Positions 36,250-48,897 of a stretch of DNA of 64,000 nucleotides are shown piece by piece. Source of the DNA: Ranitomeya imitator (taxonomy: Eukaryota). The first letter of the stretch is position 1. Every line of letters starts with the position of its first letter. The translations under genes and the position numbers were made by a program. The notes beneath the pieces are model-generated. The model did not search any database. It was not told the origin of the DNA and saw only the letters and a list, made by a program, of their open reading frames with translations. The stretch lies in contig NC_091285.1 of the NCBI RefSeq assembly GCF_032444005.1, positions 19,592,001 through 19,656,000 on the forward strand, written 5' to 3'.

Positions 36250-36774
36250 CATGATATATCCATTAATACGACAGAGAATACATCAGATTTGTTACATTTA
36301 CATGTTTTAGATCATTCAACTAATTGTAATATAAAATAAAGAAAAGCTGAAGGATCAAAATGTGTTAAAATTTCGAGTGTTTGCCCCCCCCCCCCTTATA
36401 ACTAATAACTGCTTATATATCTGCAATGATTCTTTTATTGTGAATTAATATTTGGTGCACTCTTTGCATAATTGTTTGAATTCTACTATTCTGGAGGGTT
36501 TTCTTGCATGAACTTCCCGATTCTGTCCTGTAACAATTTCTCAAGGGTTATTATATATGATGTTTTTTTTTTTAAATGACAAAAAAGAACTGTTCAGAAA
36601 AAAGTACCGGAAAATTAAATGAGATCTTTGGAATGTTATGTGCATGATGCCCCATTTCCGCTTGTAACTTGAATGGTGCAAATGTTTAAAATTTGCCATG
36701 TCCATTGTTTCTGCGTTTTGCTGCATTTTTTGGGTAATAGACATCAATGTAGAGCCCATTTTCTGAATAAAATA

Positions 36775-38394
36775 CAGTTAGGTCCATATATATTTGGACA
36801 GAGACAACATTTTTCTAATTTTGGTTATAGACATTACCACAATGAATTTTAAACAAAACAATTCAGATGCAGTTGAAGTTCAGACTTTCAGCTTTCATTT
36901 GAGGGTATCCACATTAAAATTGGATGAAGGGTTTAGGAGTTTCAGCTCCTTAACATGTGCCACCCTGTTTTTAAAGGGACCAAAAGTAATTGGACAGATT
37001 AAATAATTTTAAATGAAATGTTCATTTCTAGTACTTGGTTGAAAACCCTTTGTTGGCAATGACTGCCTGAAATCTTGACCTCATGGACATCACCAGACGC
37101 TGTGTTTCCTCCTTTTTGATGCTCTGCCAGGCCTTCACTGTGGTGGTTTTCTGTTGCTGTTTGTTTGTGGGCCTTTCTGTCTGAAGTTTAGTCTTTAACA
37201 AGTGAAATGCTGCTCAATTGGGCTGAGATCAGGTGACTGACCTGGCCATTCAAGAATATTCCACTTCTTTGCTTTAATAAACTCCTGGGTTGCTTTGGCT
37301 TTATGTTTTGGGTTATTGTCCATCTGTAGTATGAAACGACGACCAATCAGTTTGGCTGCATTTGGCTGGATCTGAACACACAGTATGTCCTGAAGACCTC
37401 AGAATTCATTTGCCTGCTTCTGTCCTGTGTCACATCATCAATAAACACTAGTGACCCAGTGTCACTGGCAGCCATGCATGCCCGCGCCATCACACTGCCT
37501 CCGCCGGGTTTTACAGATGATGTGGTGCTTTGGATCATGAGCTGGACCACGCCTTCCCATACTTTTCTCTTTCCATCATTCTGGTAGAGGTTGATCTTGT
37601 TTTCATCTGTCCAATAATGTTCTGCAAGAACTGTGCGGCTTTTATAGATGTTTTTTAGCCTTTTTCTTCTTGATGCTTATAAGTGGCTGCACCGTGCAGT
37701 GAACCCTCTGTATTTACTTTCATGCAGTCTTCTCTTTATGGTAGATTTGGATATTGATACGCCGACCTCCTGGAGAGTGTTGTCACTTGGTTGGCTGTTG
37801 TGAAGGGGTTTCTCTTCACCATGGAGATTATTCTGCGATCATCCACCACTGTTGTCTTCCGTGGGCGCCCAGGTCTTTTTGCATTGATGAGTTCACCAGT
37901 GCTTTCTTTCTTTCTCAGGATGTACCAAAATGTAGATTTTGCCACTCCTAATATTGTAGCAATTTCTCAGATGGTTTTTTTCTGTTTTTGCAGCTTAAGG
38001 ATGGCTTGTTTCACCTGCATGGAGAGCTCCTTTAACTGCGTGTTTACTTCACAGCAACACCTTCCAAATGCAGCACACCTCAAATCAACTCCAGGCCTTT
38101 TATCTGCTTAATTGAGAACAACATAATGAAGGGATTGCCCACACCTGTCCATGAAATAGCCTTGGAGTCAATTGTCCAATTACTTTTGGTCTCTTTAAAA
38201 ACAGGGTGGCACATGTTAAGGAGCTGAAACTCCTAAACCCTTCATCCAATGTTAATGTGGATACCCTCAAATGAAAGCTGAAAGTCTGAACTTCAACTGC
38301 ATCTGAATTGTTTTGTTTAAAATTCATTGTGGTAATATCTGTAACCAAAATTAGAAAAATGTTGTCTCTGTCCAAATATATATGGACCCAACTG
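36775..38394 (-). mobile_element. Tc1 transposon, degenerate
   Basis: TA-CAGTTAGGTCCATATATATTTGGACAGAG...CTCTGTCCAAATATATATGGACCCAACTG-TA. Empty TA site in the paralogous flank at about 22146. RPGRPRKTT and KPGGGSVM fragments. Confidence 0.93.
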
Positions 38395-39533
38395 TAAGTG
38401 TTTCTCTAATGATTTCTACAGGAAGAGATATAAAATATAAAAAATATATTAAAAAATTGAAAAAAATAGAAAAAAAGTGTTGCTTTCTAGAGAAAAGTAA
38501 TGTGATATTACAAGAGCAAGAAACAACAATCCAGCAGGAATATAAATGTTGTACATTAAAAAAAAATTCAAATACAACACTTCCTTGCAGATTTTCGTGA
38601 GTTTCATGCAATTTGTAAGTGAAAAAAAACACATATAAAAATCCATTACATACATTGACCCAAATAGGGTCAGTATTCAAATTGCCCATTCTTTATTTTC
38701 TTTTAGAAGTGTCCTTATTGTTTTGATTCAGTCTACTGTCCGACAACTGAACCCAACGGTCGTTGATCTTTATTAGAGATGAGCAAATATGTTTCGAAAA
38801 CGATCGCCAACATAAATTCGGCACAAATATGGCACATTCGGAATCACTAGCATTTTTGTCTTATATTAATTCGGTAAAATGTGCGGGAAAATAATTGCGT
38901 TGCCACTAAAGTATTTTCAGCACTTTGGCTAGGATAGTGGAGGTGTATGATGAGCGGGGGGCACATGTTTGATGAGGGGAGGGGGTGGGGAGAGCTCAGA
39001 GGATCTGAGTGCTTGTAATTTTTTTTTCTCTAACTTTATGTATTCAAATTGCGGCTAGCCAATCAGGGTGCAGGAAACATCCACAATGTCTAGACACAAG
39101 GGCTTGAGTCATTGGCTGCTTAAATCACATGTCCCTCTCGATATAAAGAGCGGACATCTTGTTTTAGTGCCATTTTGTCAATATAACAGCGCAGAGAGGC
39201 TGCTCCTGATGCTAGTCCTCGATGCCAATAGATTTTAGCTAGTTAGCTAGGCGGTTGTTTCTAAGTCAGATAATTTAGCTAGTGTCCCGTGTGGCTGTGA
39301 AATCGACCTTCCAGCAGATTTTTTTTTCTAGCGCCATTAGTGAGGTCCACAGGCAAAGACAGCAGGGCACATTTCATAGAAGTGTGTTGTACAATGCTCC
39401 TATTGTGCTCCATGCAGTAATAGACCATTGAAAATCTATGTTTTTCAGTGCTAACGTGATTCAGCAAAGCATATGTCACCTTGTCATTTAGAGCCGCTGA
39501 ACTTCATCTGTGTGCAGAATAAAATAGGAATTA

Positions 39534-39948
39534 GGGTACCGTCACACAGTGGCATTTTGATCGCTACGACGGCACGATTTGTGACGTTCCAGCGATATAT
39601 CCGTGACGTTCCAGCGATATCGCTGTGTCTGACACGCTCCTGCGATCAGGGACCCTGCTGAGAATCGTACGTCGTAGCAGATCGTTTGAAACTTTCTTTC
39701 GTCGTCCAGTGTCCCGCTGTGGCGGCATGATCGCATGGTGTAACAAAGGTGTGCACGATATTGTATACGATGTGCGCATAGTAACCAACGGCTTCTACAT
39801 CGCACATACGTCATGAAATTATCGCTCCAGCGTCGTACATTGCAAAGTGTGACAGCAGTCTACGACGCTGGAGCGATATTGTTACGACGCTGGAGCGTCA
39901 CGGATCGTGCCGTCGTAACGATCAAAATGCCACTGTGTGACGGTACCC
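39534..39948. mobile_element. PIF/Harbinger MITE (415 bp)
   Basis: TTA TSD at 39531-33 and 39949-51. TIR gggtaccgtcacacagtggcatttt. Empty site ggaa-TTA-ggctgc at 23299. Confidence 0.92.
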
Positions 39949-39951
39949 TTA

Positions 39952-40537
39952 GGCTGCTTTAACACATCAGTGTTTTGCCGTCAGGCTCAATCCAGCAAAT
40001 TTTGAAAAATACAGATTCGACGAATGATGCTGCCATATCCGTTTTTCTCATAGACTTGTATTAGCGACGGATGACCTCACATTTCATCCATCGTTCGCCA
40101 GATCCGTCGAAAACGGACAAAGTAAAGTTTTTTGTCTCCGGCAAAGAAACGTACAGCGCCGGATTCGGCATTTGCTAGAATTGAAGCCTATGGGCACCGG
40201 AGGGCGACGGATCCGTCATATGCTGGAATCCGGAGCCAGATTCCGTTTTTTTTAACTGCGCATGCTCAGATACAATTGACCAGCCCACAATTAGGAAAGG
40301 TGTATATAAAGCCTGCTATGTAGGGCTTCACTCATCCATATACCAGCCAGCAAGACGCAGACCTGCCGCCAGAGCTTAAACCTGCCCCAGTCCAGCCAAC
40401 CACAGCCTGCCAGCCACAGCCTGCCAGCCACAGCATGTTTTCTTCTGGGAGCCCTCCCCCGCGTCGTCAGCGCTGTGAGGTAAATAAATGTTTTTCTTTT
40501 GTTTTGTTTTTTTTATTGTTGGTGATGTTCACATAAT
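39952..40537 (+). mobile_element. Second copy of the Harbinger 5' end, cut off by a Tc1
   Basis: Homologous to 23302-23980, with fewer cagccacagcctgc repeats. Confidence 0.8.
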
Positions 40538-40540
40538 ATA

Positions 40541-41883
40541 CAGTACAGACCAAAAGTTTGGACACACCTTCTCATTTAAAGATTTTTCTGTATTTTCATG
40601 ACTATGAAAATTATACATTCACACTGAAGGCATCAAAACTATGAATTAACACATGTGGAATTATATACTTAACAAAAAAGTGTGAAACAAGTGAAATTAT
40701 GTCTTATATTCTAGATTCTTCAAAGTAGCCACCTTTTGCTTTGATGACTGCTTTGCACACTCTTGGCATTCTCTTGATGAGCTTCAAAAGAAAGTCACCG
40801 GGAATGGTTTTCACTTCACAGGTGTGCCCTGTCAGATTTAATAAGTGGGATTTCTTGCCTTATAAATGGTGTTAGGACCATCAGTTGTGTTGTGCTGAAG
40901 TCTGGTGGATACACAGCTGATAGTCCTACTGAATAGACTGTTAGAATATGTATTATGGCAAAAAAGCAGCTAAGTAAAGAAAATGAGTGGCCATCATTAC
41001 TTTAAGAAATGAAGGTCAGTCAGTCCAAAAAATTGGGAAAACTTTGAAAGTGTCCCCAAGTGCAGTGTCAAAAAACCATCAAGCGCTACAAAGAAACTGG
41101 CTCACATGAGGACCGCCCCAGGAAAGGAAGACCAAGAGTCACCTCTGCTTCTGAGGATAAGTTTATCCGAGTCACCAGCCTCACAAATCACAGGTTAGCA
41201 GCATCTTAGATTAGAGACCAGGTCAATGCCACACAGAGTTCTAGCAGCAGACACATCTCTACAACACCTGTTAAGAGGAGACTTTGTGCAGCAGGCCTTC
41301 ATGGTAAAATAGCTGCTAGGAAACCACTGCTAAGGACAGGCTACAAGCAGAAGAGACTTGTTTGGGCTAAAGAACACAAGGAATGGACATTAGACCAGTG
41401 GAAATCTGTGCTTTGGTCTGACGAGTCCAAATTTGAGATCTTTGGTTCCAACCACCGTGTCTTTGTGCGATGCAGAAAAGGTGAATGGATGGACTCTACA
41501 TGCCTGGTTCCCACCGTGAAGCATGGAGGAAGAGGTGTGATGGTGTGGGGGTGCTTTGCTGGTGACACTGTTGGAGATTTATTCAAAATTGACGGCATAC
41601 TGAACCAGCATGGCTACCACAGCATCTTGCAGCGGCATGCTATTCCATCCGGTTTGCGTTTAGTTGGACCATCATTTATTTTTCAACAGGACAGTGACCC
41701 CAAGCACACCTCCAGGGTGTGTAAGGGCTAATTGACCAAGAAGGAGAGTGATGGGGTGCTACGCCAGATGACCTGGCCTCCACAGTCACCAGACCTGAAT
41801 CCAATCGAGATGGTTTTGGGTGAGCTGGACCGCAGAGTGAAGGCAAAGGGCCAACAGGTGCTAAGCATCTCTGGGAACTCCTT
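40541..41883 (+). mobile_element. Tc1 transposon, 3' truncated
   Basis: TA-CAGTACAGACCAAAAGTTTGGACACACC. VLWSDESKFE, FQQDSDPKH and DLNPIE motifs. Stops at the junction with a Penelope fragment. Confidence 0.88.
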
Positions 41884-43505
41884 TCGACGATCAAAACCCC
41901 AAAGTAATGCATATTCTCAGAAAGCATTGGAACGTCTTGAGAACTGACTCTGATATTGCTAAGTGGATTACACCCAGACCCTTGGTGACATTCAGACGGG
42001 GTAAATCAATAAAGGACCAACTTGTTAACAGTCACTTTGCCCCCCCTAAAAAAAGAAGGTACGTGGCTAGAAAATAGAGCCATAGGTACCTTCAGATGTG
42101 GGCATTGTAGTTATTGTCGGTATGTAACGCCTTCCAGTACGTTCACGAGTACAGTCACCAAGAGAACATACAATAATAAACAGTTTGCAAATTGCAAAAC
42201 GGTGGGTGTTGTTTATCTCTGTACGTGTTGCTGTCCATTAAACTATATCGGAAAGACCAAGAGACAGTTTAAAATACGTATTGGGGAGCATCTTGGCGAC
42301 ATACGCAAAAAGAGGGATACACCGTTGGCGCGTCATGTGAATATGCATCACGGAGGGATTTGGGGTCAATTGCATTTAGGGTAATTGAAGTGGTGGAACC
42401 ATCGGTCCGTCAAGGAGATTGGGATAAGAAAATCTTGCAGAGAGAAACAAGGTGGATCTTTTGGATGGACACCGTCCACCCTAACGGACTTAATGAGCAG
42501 CTGACTTTCTCGAGCTTCATCTAGTTGTGATGGTGAGAGCATTTCCCATGCGAGGAAACAATATAGCCTGGTTAATACATTGATATTGTGTTATCCATGC
42601 AAATCCAGGTGGTAGAGGTACTCCTAGACCGCAACATCCTTTAATATAGTGGGAGACGATTAAAGGTTTTATTGGCTATTGAGCCTTAACATATATATGG
42701 AATTTCATATCTGGCAATTATTTGCCGTATAGCTTCCACTATGTTCCATATCCTCTCTCTACTTGATGTTCTGCTGGTACCCAGCAAACTGTATGTTATG
42801 CTGCGAATAAAGATACATATGAAGTCCTATAATTGCCATTTAATTAGGTAGGATGGCATTGTGGCAGCTGATAAGTCATATTTTATGCTGTGGCTAAATA
42901 TATGTGTAAACTATTAATTGTCATCTTGTCACTCAGGACATTGCCTGAATTAATAACATCACTTACTTATAATTTAAATGGCAGGCATTACTTGGGAACA
43001 ATAATATGTTACCCACATCCAGCTGCTGGATTTACCGTACATCTGGGCAGCACACAAGGCAGGATTGCTATGTGCATGAGAAAGTGCAGGCGCATGCGCA
43101 GGACAGAAGCGGGCGCGATGAGAAAGGGAGACATTATATCTCCGGGACCAACAATGCTGCTCTGAGGCTGTACGCAGAGTTATGGTGGAGCGCATGTGCG
43201 TTCCACAGAACGCTCCTCACGTCATCAGTGTGAGCATATGCGTTCCACAGAGCGTCATCAGTATGAGCACATGCGCTCCAGAGAGCGCGCCTGACGGCAT
43301 TAGGCTTCCTGATTCAGCACAGCACGTGTATTATGGTGCCGGACATAGGAGGACGTCACGCCAATGCCTAATTAAGGTGGGTGGAGATTAAAGCACTGCA
43401 CTATATAAGAGAGTGGATATGGTAGCTGGTAGCACAGACTCTGGTATACAGCATCTTGATTCCCGCCTGTAGCTCTACGACCTATTAAGGATAAGCAATC
43501 TTCAA

Positions 43506-43558
43506 GTCCCCTGATGAACCCCCTGAGAAAATATTACGGGGGAGAAACGCGTCGGGAC
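43506..43558 (+). ncRNA. Minimal type I hammerhead ribozyme
   Basis: GTCCC-CTGATGA-a-CCCCC(loop)GGGGG-a-GAAA-CGCG-TC-GGGAC. 5-bp stem I, 5-bp stem II, canonical core, GUC triplet at 43551-53. Confidence 0.88.
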
Positions 43559-43991
43559 AGCGTGAGCTAACGTATTGACATGGCTGCTCTAAGGGAACGC
43601 CTGAGGAGCAAAGAGCTAAGTGGATGATTCTTATTAGCTATGATTTTTATATCACATGGCGCATATTTAGCATACTAAGCACTTGATTTACTAAGGCATT
43701 AGTTATACATAACGTGTGTGTGGGTATATCCCCGTTATGATAAACTATGAAGATGGGAGTGTTCACCTAACTTATCTATGTAACTTACAGTATATGGTGC
43801 ATATATAGCATATTAAGCACTTTATTGACTAAGGCATTAGTTATAGATGATATGCGTGTGGGTATATCCCCTCTATGATATACTATGGATATGGGGGCAT
43901 TTTTCTAGCCTAACTGTGCACTCAGTAAGGCAGTTATTGATGTAGTATTTTCTAACAGTATCTTCTCAAGCTGTCAAAGAAAAACTTGTTT

Positions 43992-43994
<3 letters not shown>

Positions 43995-44047
<53 letters not shown>
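43995..44047. repeat. (AT)n microsatellite
   Basis: About 26 perfect AT units. Confidence 0.95.
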
Positions 44048-44051
<4 letters not shown>

Positions 44052-44715
44052 AGCTTAGGTGTATTATAGCTTCCTGCTGATCGCAGACTTGTTACTACCC
44101 CATAGTTTTACATAGTTCTACAAACAACTAATCAAGCCCTTAGTGACTATTTATTATAAGCAAGTCATTTTTGTAAGGAATAGTGGCAGCCATAGTTGCA
44201 GTGTATATAGAAGTGCTTTTGCATTTTTACTATGGATCTAATCTGATCCATATATGTTTGTTTTTGTCTGTGGTTATTAGGTTTTTAGGGACTTCCTAGG
44301 GATATAAGGGACAGCCACCGTGGAGCGAGGGGGGCGCCATATCGCAAATTTAGGGTGCCAACCTCCGCTGCAAGGAAGGATATCAGACTTTAGGGCCTAT
44401 TAGGGTCAGAAGAGGCATATTATATGTAGCATTTTTTCAATTTTTGATGTTTTTTTTATTGTTATTTTTTATATTTTTTTTTTTCAGTTTTTCTATATGG
44501 GTTTTTCTGGTATCACAAAAATGTACTCTATATAAATGTCTCTATAGGTAGGCTGTGCCCCTAATTGCAGGAACTTGTAGTCCCTAATAGGGATGTTCTT
44601 CATTTAGATTTTTGTTGATCGTATGTATTGTACTTGATTATTAATAAAGACTGATGTTTTTAGGGGTAGGTTTGTTTTTTGGGTCTGCAGGATGGCCAAG
44701 GTTCATGACTCTACC

Positions 44716-47700
44716 CAGGGGTGCATTAAGGGTAGCCAGGGCCCCGGGCTGTTCACACACTGTGGGCATGTGACGGGGGTCATGTGACGGGGGTCATGTG
44801 ACGGGGGTCATGTGACGGGGGTCATGATATACCCGAACCAGATTATACCAGAAAAATGTCCGGGCCCTACTCTACTGTAACCTATTAAATATTTGTTAAA
44901 ATCTGCAATACAATTTAGGTATATCTTGACCAATAATATCACATACAAGGAACAAATACAACCGCACCGTGACCAGATCACAAATTACAACCACAGTGAT
45001 CGAATAATATCACATACAAGGAACAAATACCACAACACCATGTCAAGACCACATATTACCACTTGGTGACCAAATAGCACATACAAGGGACAAATACCAC
45101 AACACCATTTCCAGACCACATATTACCACCACATAGTGACTGAGTACCACAATACTGATCAGTAATATAAAAACAAAAACACAATACTATCACCATAAGT
45201 GCCAGTATTCACAGGAGATCTGTACTTAGTATGCAGTGTCTGTGTAGAGGTAATACTGAGATCACTGGTGGTATTATACACAGGACCTCTATATAGTATA
45301 CAGTGTATAGTGTCAGTGTATAGGTAACACGGACTCACCAGTGACGTCTCTAGGTGAAGTCCTTCATCTTTCATCCAGCACAGACCGCCATCATTCCTTC
45401 CAGCCAGGACTCGTTTCTGCAGGAAATAACACAGTTATCTCGAGCTCCACTTGCAGAACACATTACTTAATTTTTCACAACTTCTACATTACACCACATG
45501 AAGATAAAAAGGCGATATAGTGTCACTCTGCACAATAACAGGACCGCCCCCCCATTTAAAACAGTATACTCAAAAAATAAAATAAATACATCACTGCAGT
45601 AACAATATCCCTTAATTAGCCCCTATGGTAATAATATTCCCCACCCTGGCTCCGTTTATCGCATTCCTGGCTCCAGCCATATGTTCTCCCATCCTGCACT
45701 CATGAGTATCCATTCTACCCCATATGATCTCCACATCCTGCCCCATCTGTCTCCATCGTATCCATCCTGCCCCATGTCTCCAATCATGCCCCGTGTCTAC
45801 ATTCTGCCCATGCCTCCAGTCCTGCCCCCAGTGTGTCCAGCATATTACCCTCAGTGTGTCCAGCATATTACCCCCAGTGTGTCCAGCAATCTGCCCCAGT
45901 ATGTCCAGCATATTGCCCCCAGACAGTGTGTCCAGCAATCTGCCCCAGTGTGTCCAGCATATTACCACCAGTGTGTCCAGCAATCTGGCCCAGTGTCTCC
46001 AGCATTGCCCCAGTGTGTCCAGCAATCATCTGCCCCAGTGTATCCAGCATTGCCCCAGTGTGTCCAGCAATCATCTGCCCCAGTGTCTCCAGCAATCATC
46101 TGCCCCAGTGTCTCCAGCAATCTGCCCCAGTGTCTCCAGCAATTTGCCCCAGTGTCTCCAGCAATCTGCCCCCAGTGTGTCCTCCAGCAATCTGCCCCCA
46201 GTGTGTCCTCCAGCAATCTGCCCCCAGTGTGTCCTCCAGCAATCTGCCCCACTGTCTCCAGCATTGCCCCACTGTCTCCAGCAATCTGCCCCACTGTCTC
46301 CAGCAATCTGCCCCCAGTGTGTCCTCCAGCAATCTGCCCCCAGTGTGTCCTCCAGCAATCTGCCCCCAGTGTGTCCTCCAGCAATCTGCCCCCAGTGTGT
46401 CCTCCAGCAATCTGCCCCCAGTGTGTCCTCCAGCAATCTGCCCCACTGTCTCCAGCAATCTGCCCCACTGTCTCCAGCAATCTGCCCCACTGTCTCCAGC
46501 ATTGCCCCCCAGTGTGTCTTCCAGCATTGCCCCCCAGTGTGTCCTCCAGCAATCTGCCCCACTGTCTCCAGCATTGCCCCACTGTCTCCAGCATTGCCCC
46601 CAGTGTGTCCTCCAATCTGCCCCAGTGTCTCCAGCATTGCCCCCCAGTGTGTCCTCCAATCTGCCTCACTGTCTCCAGCAATCTGCCCCACTGTCTCCAG
46701 CAATCTGCCCCACTGTCTCCAGCAATCTGCCCCACTGTCTCCAGCAATCTGCCCCACTGTCTCAAGCAATCTGCCCCACTGTCTCCAGCAATCTGCCCCA
46801 CTGTCTCCAGCAATCTGCCCCACTGTGTCCTCCAGCATTGCCCCCCCAGTGTCCTCCAATCTGCCCCACTGTCTCCAGCATTGCCCCCAGTGTGTCCTCC
46901 AATCTGCCCAGTGTCTCCAGCATTGCCCCCCAGTGTGTCCTCCAATCTACCCTACTGTCTCCAGCATTGCCCCCAGTGTGTCCTCCAATCTGCCCCAGTG
47001 TCTCCAGCATTGCCCCCAGTGTGTCCTCTAATCTGCCCTACTGTCTCCAGCATTGCCCCCAGTGTGTCCTCCAATCTGCCCTACTGTCTCCAGCATTGCC
47101 CCCCAGTGTGTCCTCCAATCTGCCCCAGTGTCTCCAGCATTGCCCCCAGTGTGTCCTCCAATCTGCCCCAGTGTCTCCAGCATTGCCCCCAGTGTGTCCT
47201 CCAATCTGCCCCACTGTCTCCAGCATTGCCCCCAGTGTGTCCTCCAATCTGCCCTACTGTCTCCAGCATTGCCCCCCAGTGTGTCCTCCAATCTGCCCCA
47301 GTGTCTCCAGCATTGCCCCCCAGTGTGTCCTCCAATCTGCCCCAGTGTCTCCAGCATTGCCCCCAGTGTGTCCTCCAATCTGCCCCAGTGTCCTCCAGCA
47401 TTGCCCCCCAGTGTGTCCACCGCACCGATAATAACTGATCCAAAAAAAAAAAACAGTCTCCTCACCTGTCCACGCTCCAGGCGGCGAGCTGCTCCCTTCT
47501 GCAGCACACTCGCCGGCGACTGACAATGACGTCAGACGCCGGCGACGTGTGCGCTGCGGCCGACATCAGCTGCCAGCCTCCAATTGGCTGGCGGCTGGTG
47601 TTGTTAACTATTGATGTGCGGGCGCACGCCCGCACATCAATAGGAAACCGCCGCAGCGCCGGAAGGGGCCCGGTGAGCAGATGAGAAGGGGCCCAATGCG

Positions 47701-47861
47701 GGCCCCCTCTCTCTGCCCACCGGGTCCGGGGGGCACATAAACGCCGCCCGGCGGGCAGTCACAGAGGATTATCAGAGGGTTAATCTGCGGTAGCCCAGGG
47801 CCCCCCAGACCACTGGGCCCTGGGCTACCGCCCATATTGACCCTCTGATAATCCGCCCCTG
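44716..47861. mobile_element. Non-autonomous hAT-type element carrying a minisatellite, inserted in the integrase
   Basis: 8-bp TSD ACTCTACC at 44708-15 and 47862-69. TIRs CAGGGGTGCATTA / TAATCCGCCCCTG (2 mismatches). Confidence 0.9.
45810..47420. repeat. Minisatellite of about 20-24 bp variant units (ccccagtgtgtcctccagcaatctg / ccccactgtctccagcattg)
   Basis: Direct reading; produces long repetitive ORFs in many frames. Confidence 0.95.
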
Positions 47862-48000
47862 ACTCTACCAGTCATTAGTTGATATGGGGTGATTGCAGTG
47901 CTCTTTGCATCCGTTCCCCGTATTGCCATTAGAATCGCAGGTAGGTGACACAGCCAATTACGTCCGGATTGCAAAACCATTTTTTTAATCTCTCCTTTAA

Positions 48001-48897
48001 CCCCTTTCTGCCAGCTGACGGAATAGTACGTCAGCTGGCAGATCCCCTGCTTTGAGGTGGGCTCCGGCGGTGAGCCCACCTCAAAGCCGCGACATGTCAG
48101 CTCTTTTGTACAGCTGACATGAGCGCGAGCGGAATCGCGATCCGCCCGTGCCCATTAACTAGTTAAATGCCGTCGTCAAGCGCTGACAGCGGCATTTTAA
48201 AAAAAAATCAAACATACACATATTTGGTATCGCCGCGTCAATCAATCGCCCGATCTATCAATAAAAACAAAGGATTAACCTGACCGCTAAATGGCGTAGC
48301 GAAAAAAAAAAATCAAAACGCCCAAATTAAGTTTTTTTGGTCGCTGCGACATTGCATTAAGATGCAATAACGGACGATCAAAAGAACGTATCTACACCAA
48401 AATGGTATCATTAAAACGCCAGCTCGGCATGCAAAAAATAAGCCCTCACCTGACCACAGATCACGAAAATTGGAGACGCTACGAGTATCGGAAAATTGCG
48501 AAAGATGTTTTTTTTTAGCAAACTTTGGAATTTTTTTTCACCACTTAGATAAAAAATAACCTAGACATGTTAGGTGTCTATGAACTCGCAATGACCTGGA
48601 GAATCATAATGGCAGGTCAGTTTTAGCATTTGGTGAACCTAGCAAAAAAGCTAAACAAAAAACAAGTGTGAGATTGCACTTTTTTTGCAATTTCATCACA
48701 CTTGGAATTTTTTTTCCCATTTTCTGTTACATGGCATGTTAAAATCAATGGTATTGTTCAAAAGTACATCTCGTCCCGCAAAAAATAAGCCCTCACATGG
48801 CCATATTGACGGAAAAATAAAAAAAGTTATGGCTTTCGGAAGGAGGGGAGCGAAAAACGAAAATGAAAAAACGGAAAAAGCTCCGGGGGTGAAGGGG
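48001..48897. mobile_element. piggyBac-type MITE inside the integrase
   Basis: TTAA TSD at 47997-48000 and 48898-48901. Termini CCCCTT...AAGGGG. Confidence 0.88.

Larger units (their letters stand above)
41884..44660 (+). mobile_element. 5'-truncated Penelope-like retroelement (GIY-YIG remnant about 41905-42523, long UTR/pLTR; end approximate)
   Basis: ILRKHWNVLRTD...FRRGKSIKDQLV linker, CGHCSYC, VVYLCTC...YIGKTKR...RIGEH, frameshift, PNGLNE. Hammerhead at 43506 and aataaa near 44645. Confidence 0.85.

Noticed and set aside
45612-47526. Long Pro/Cys/Ser/Gln-rich ORFs (up to 585 aa) as keratin-associated or mucin-like genes
   Set aside because: They are open in many frames on both strands because the minisatellite lacks stops, and they lie inside a TSD-bounded non-autonomous element.
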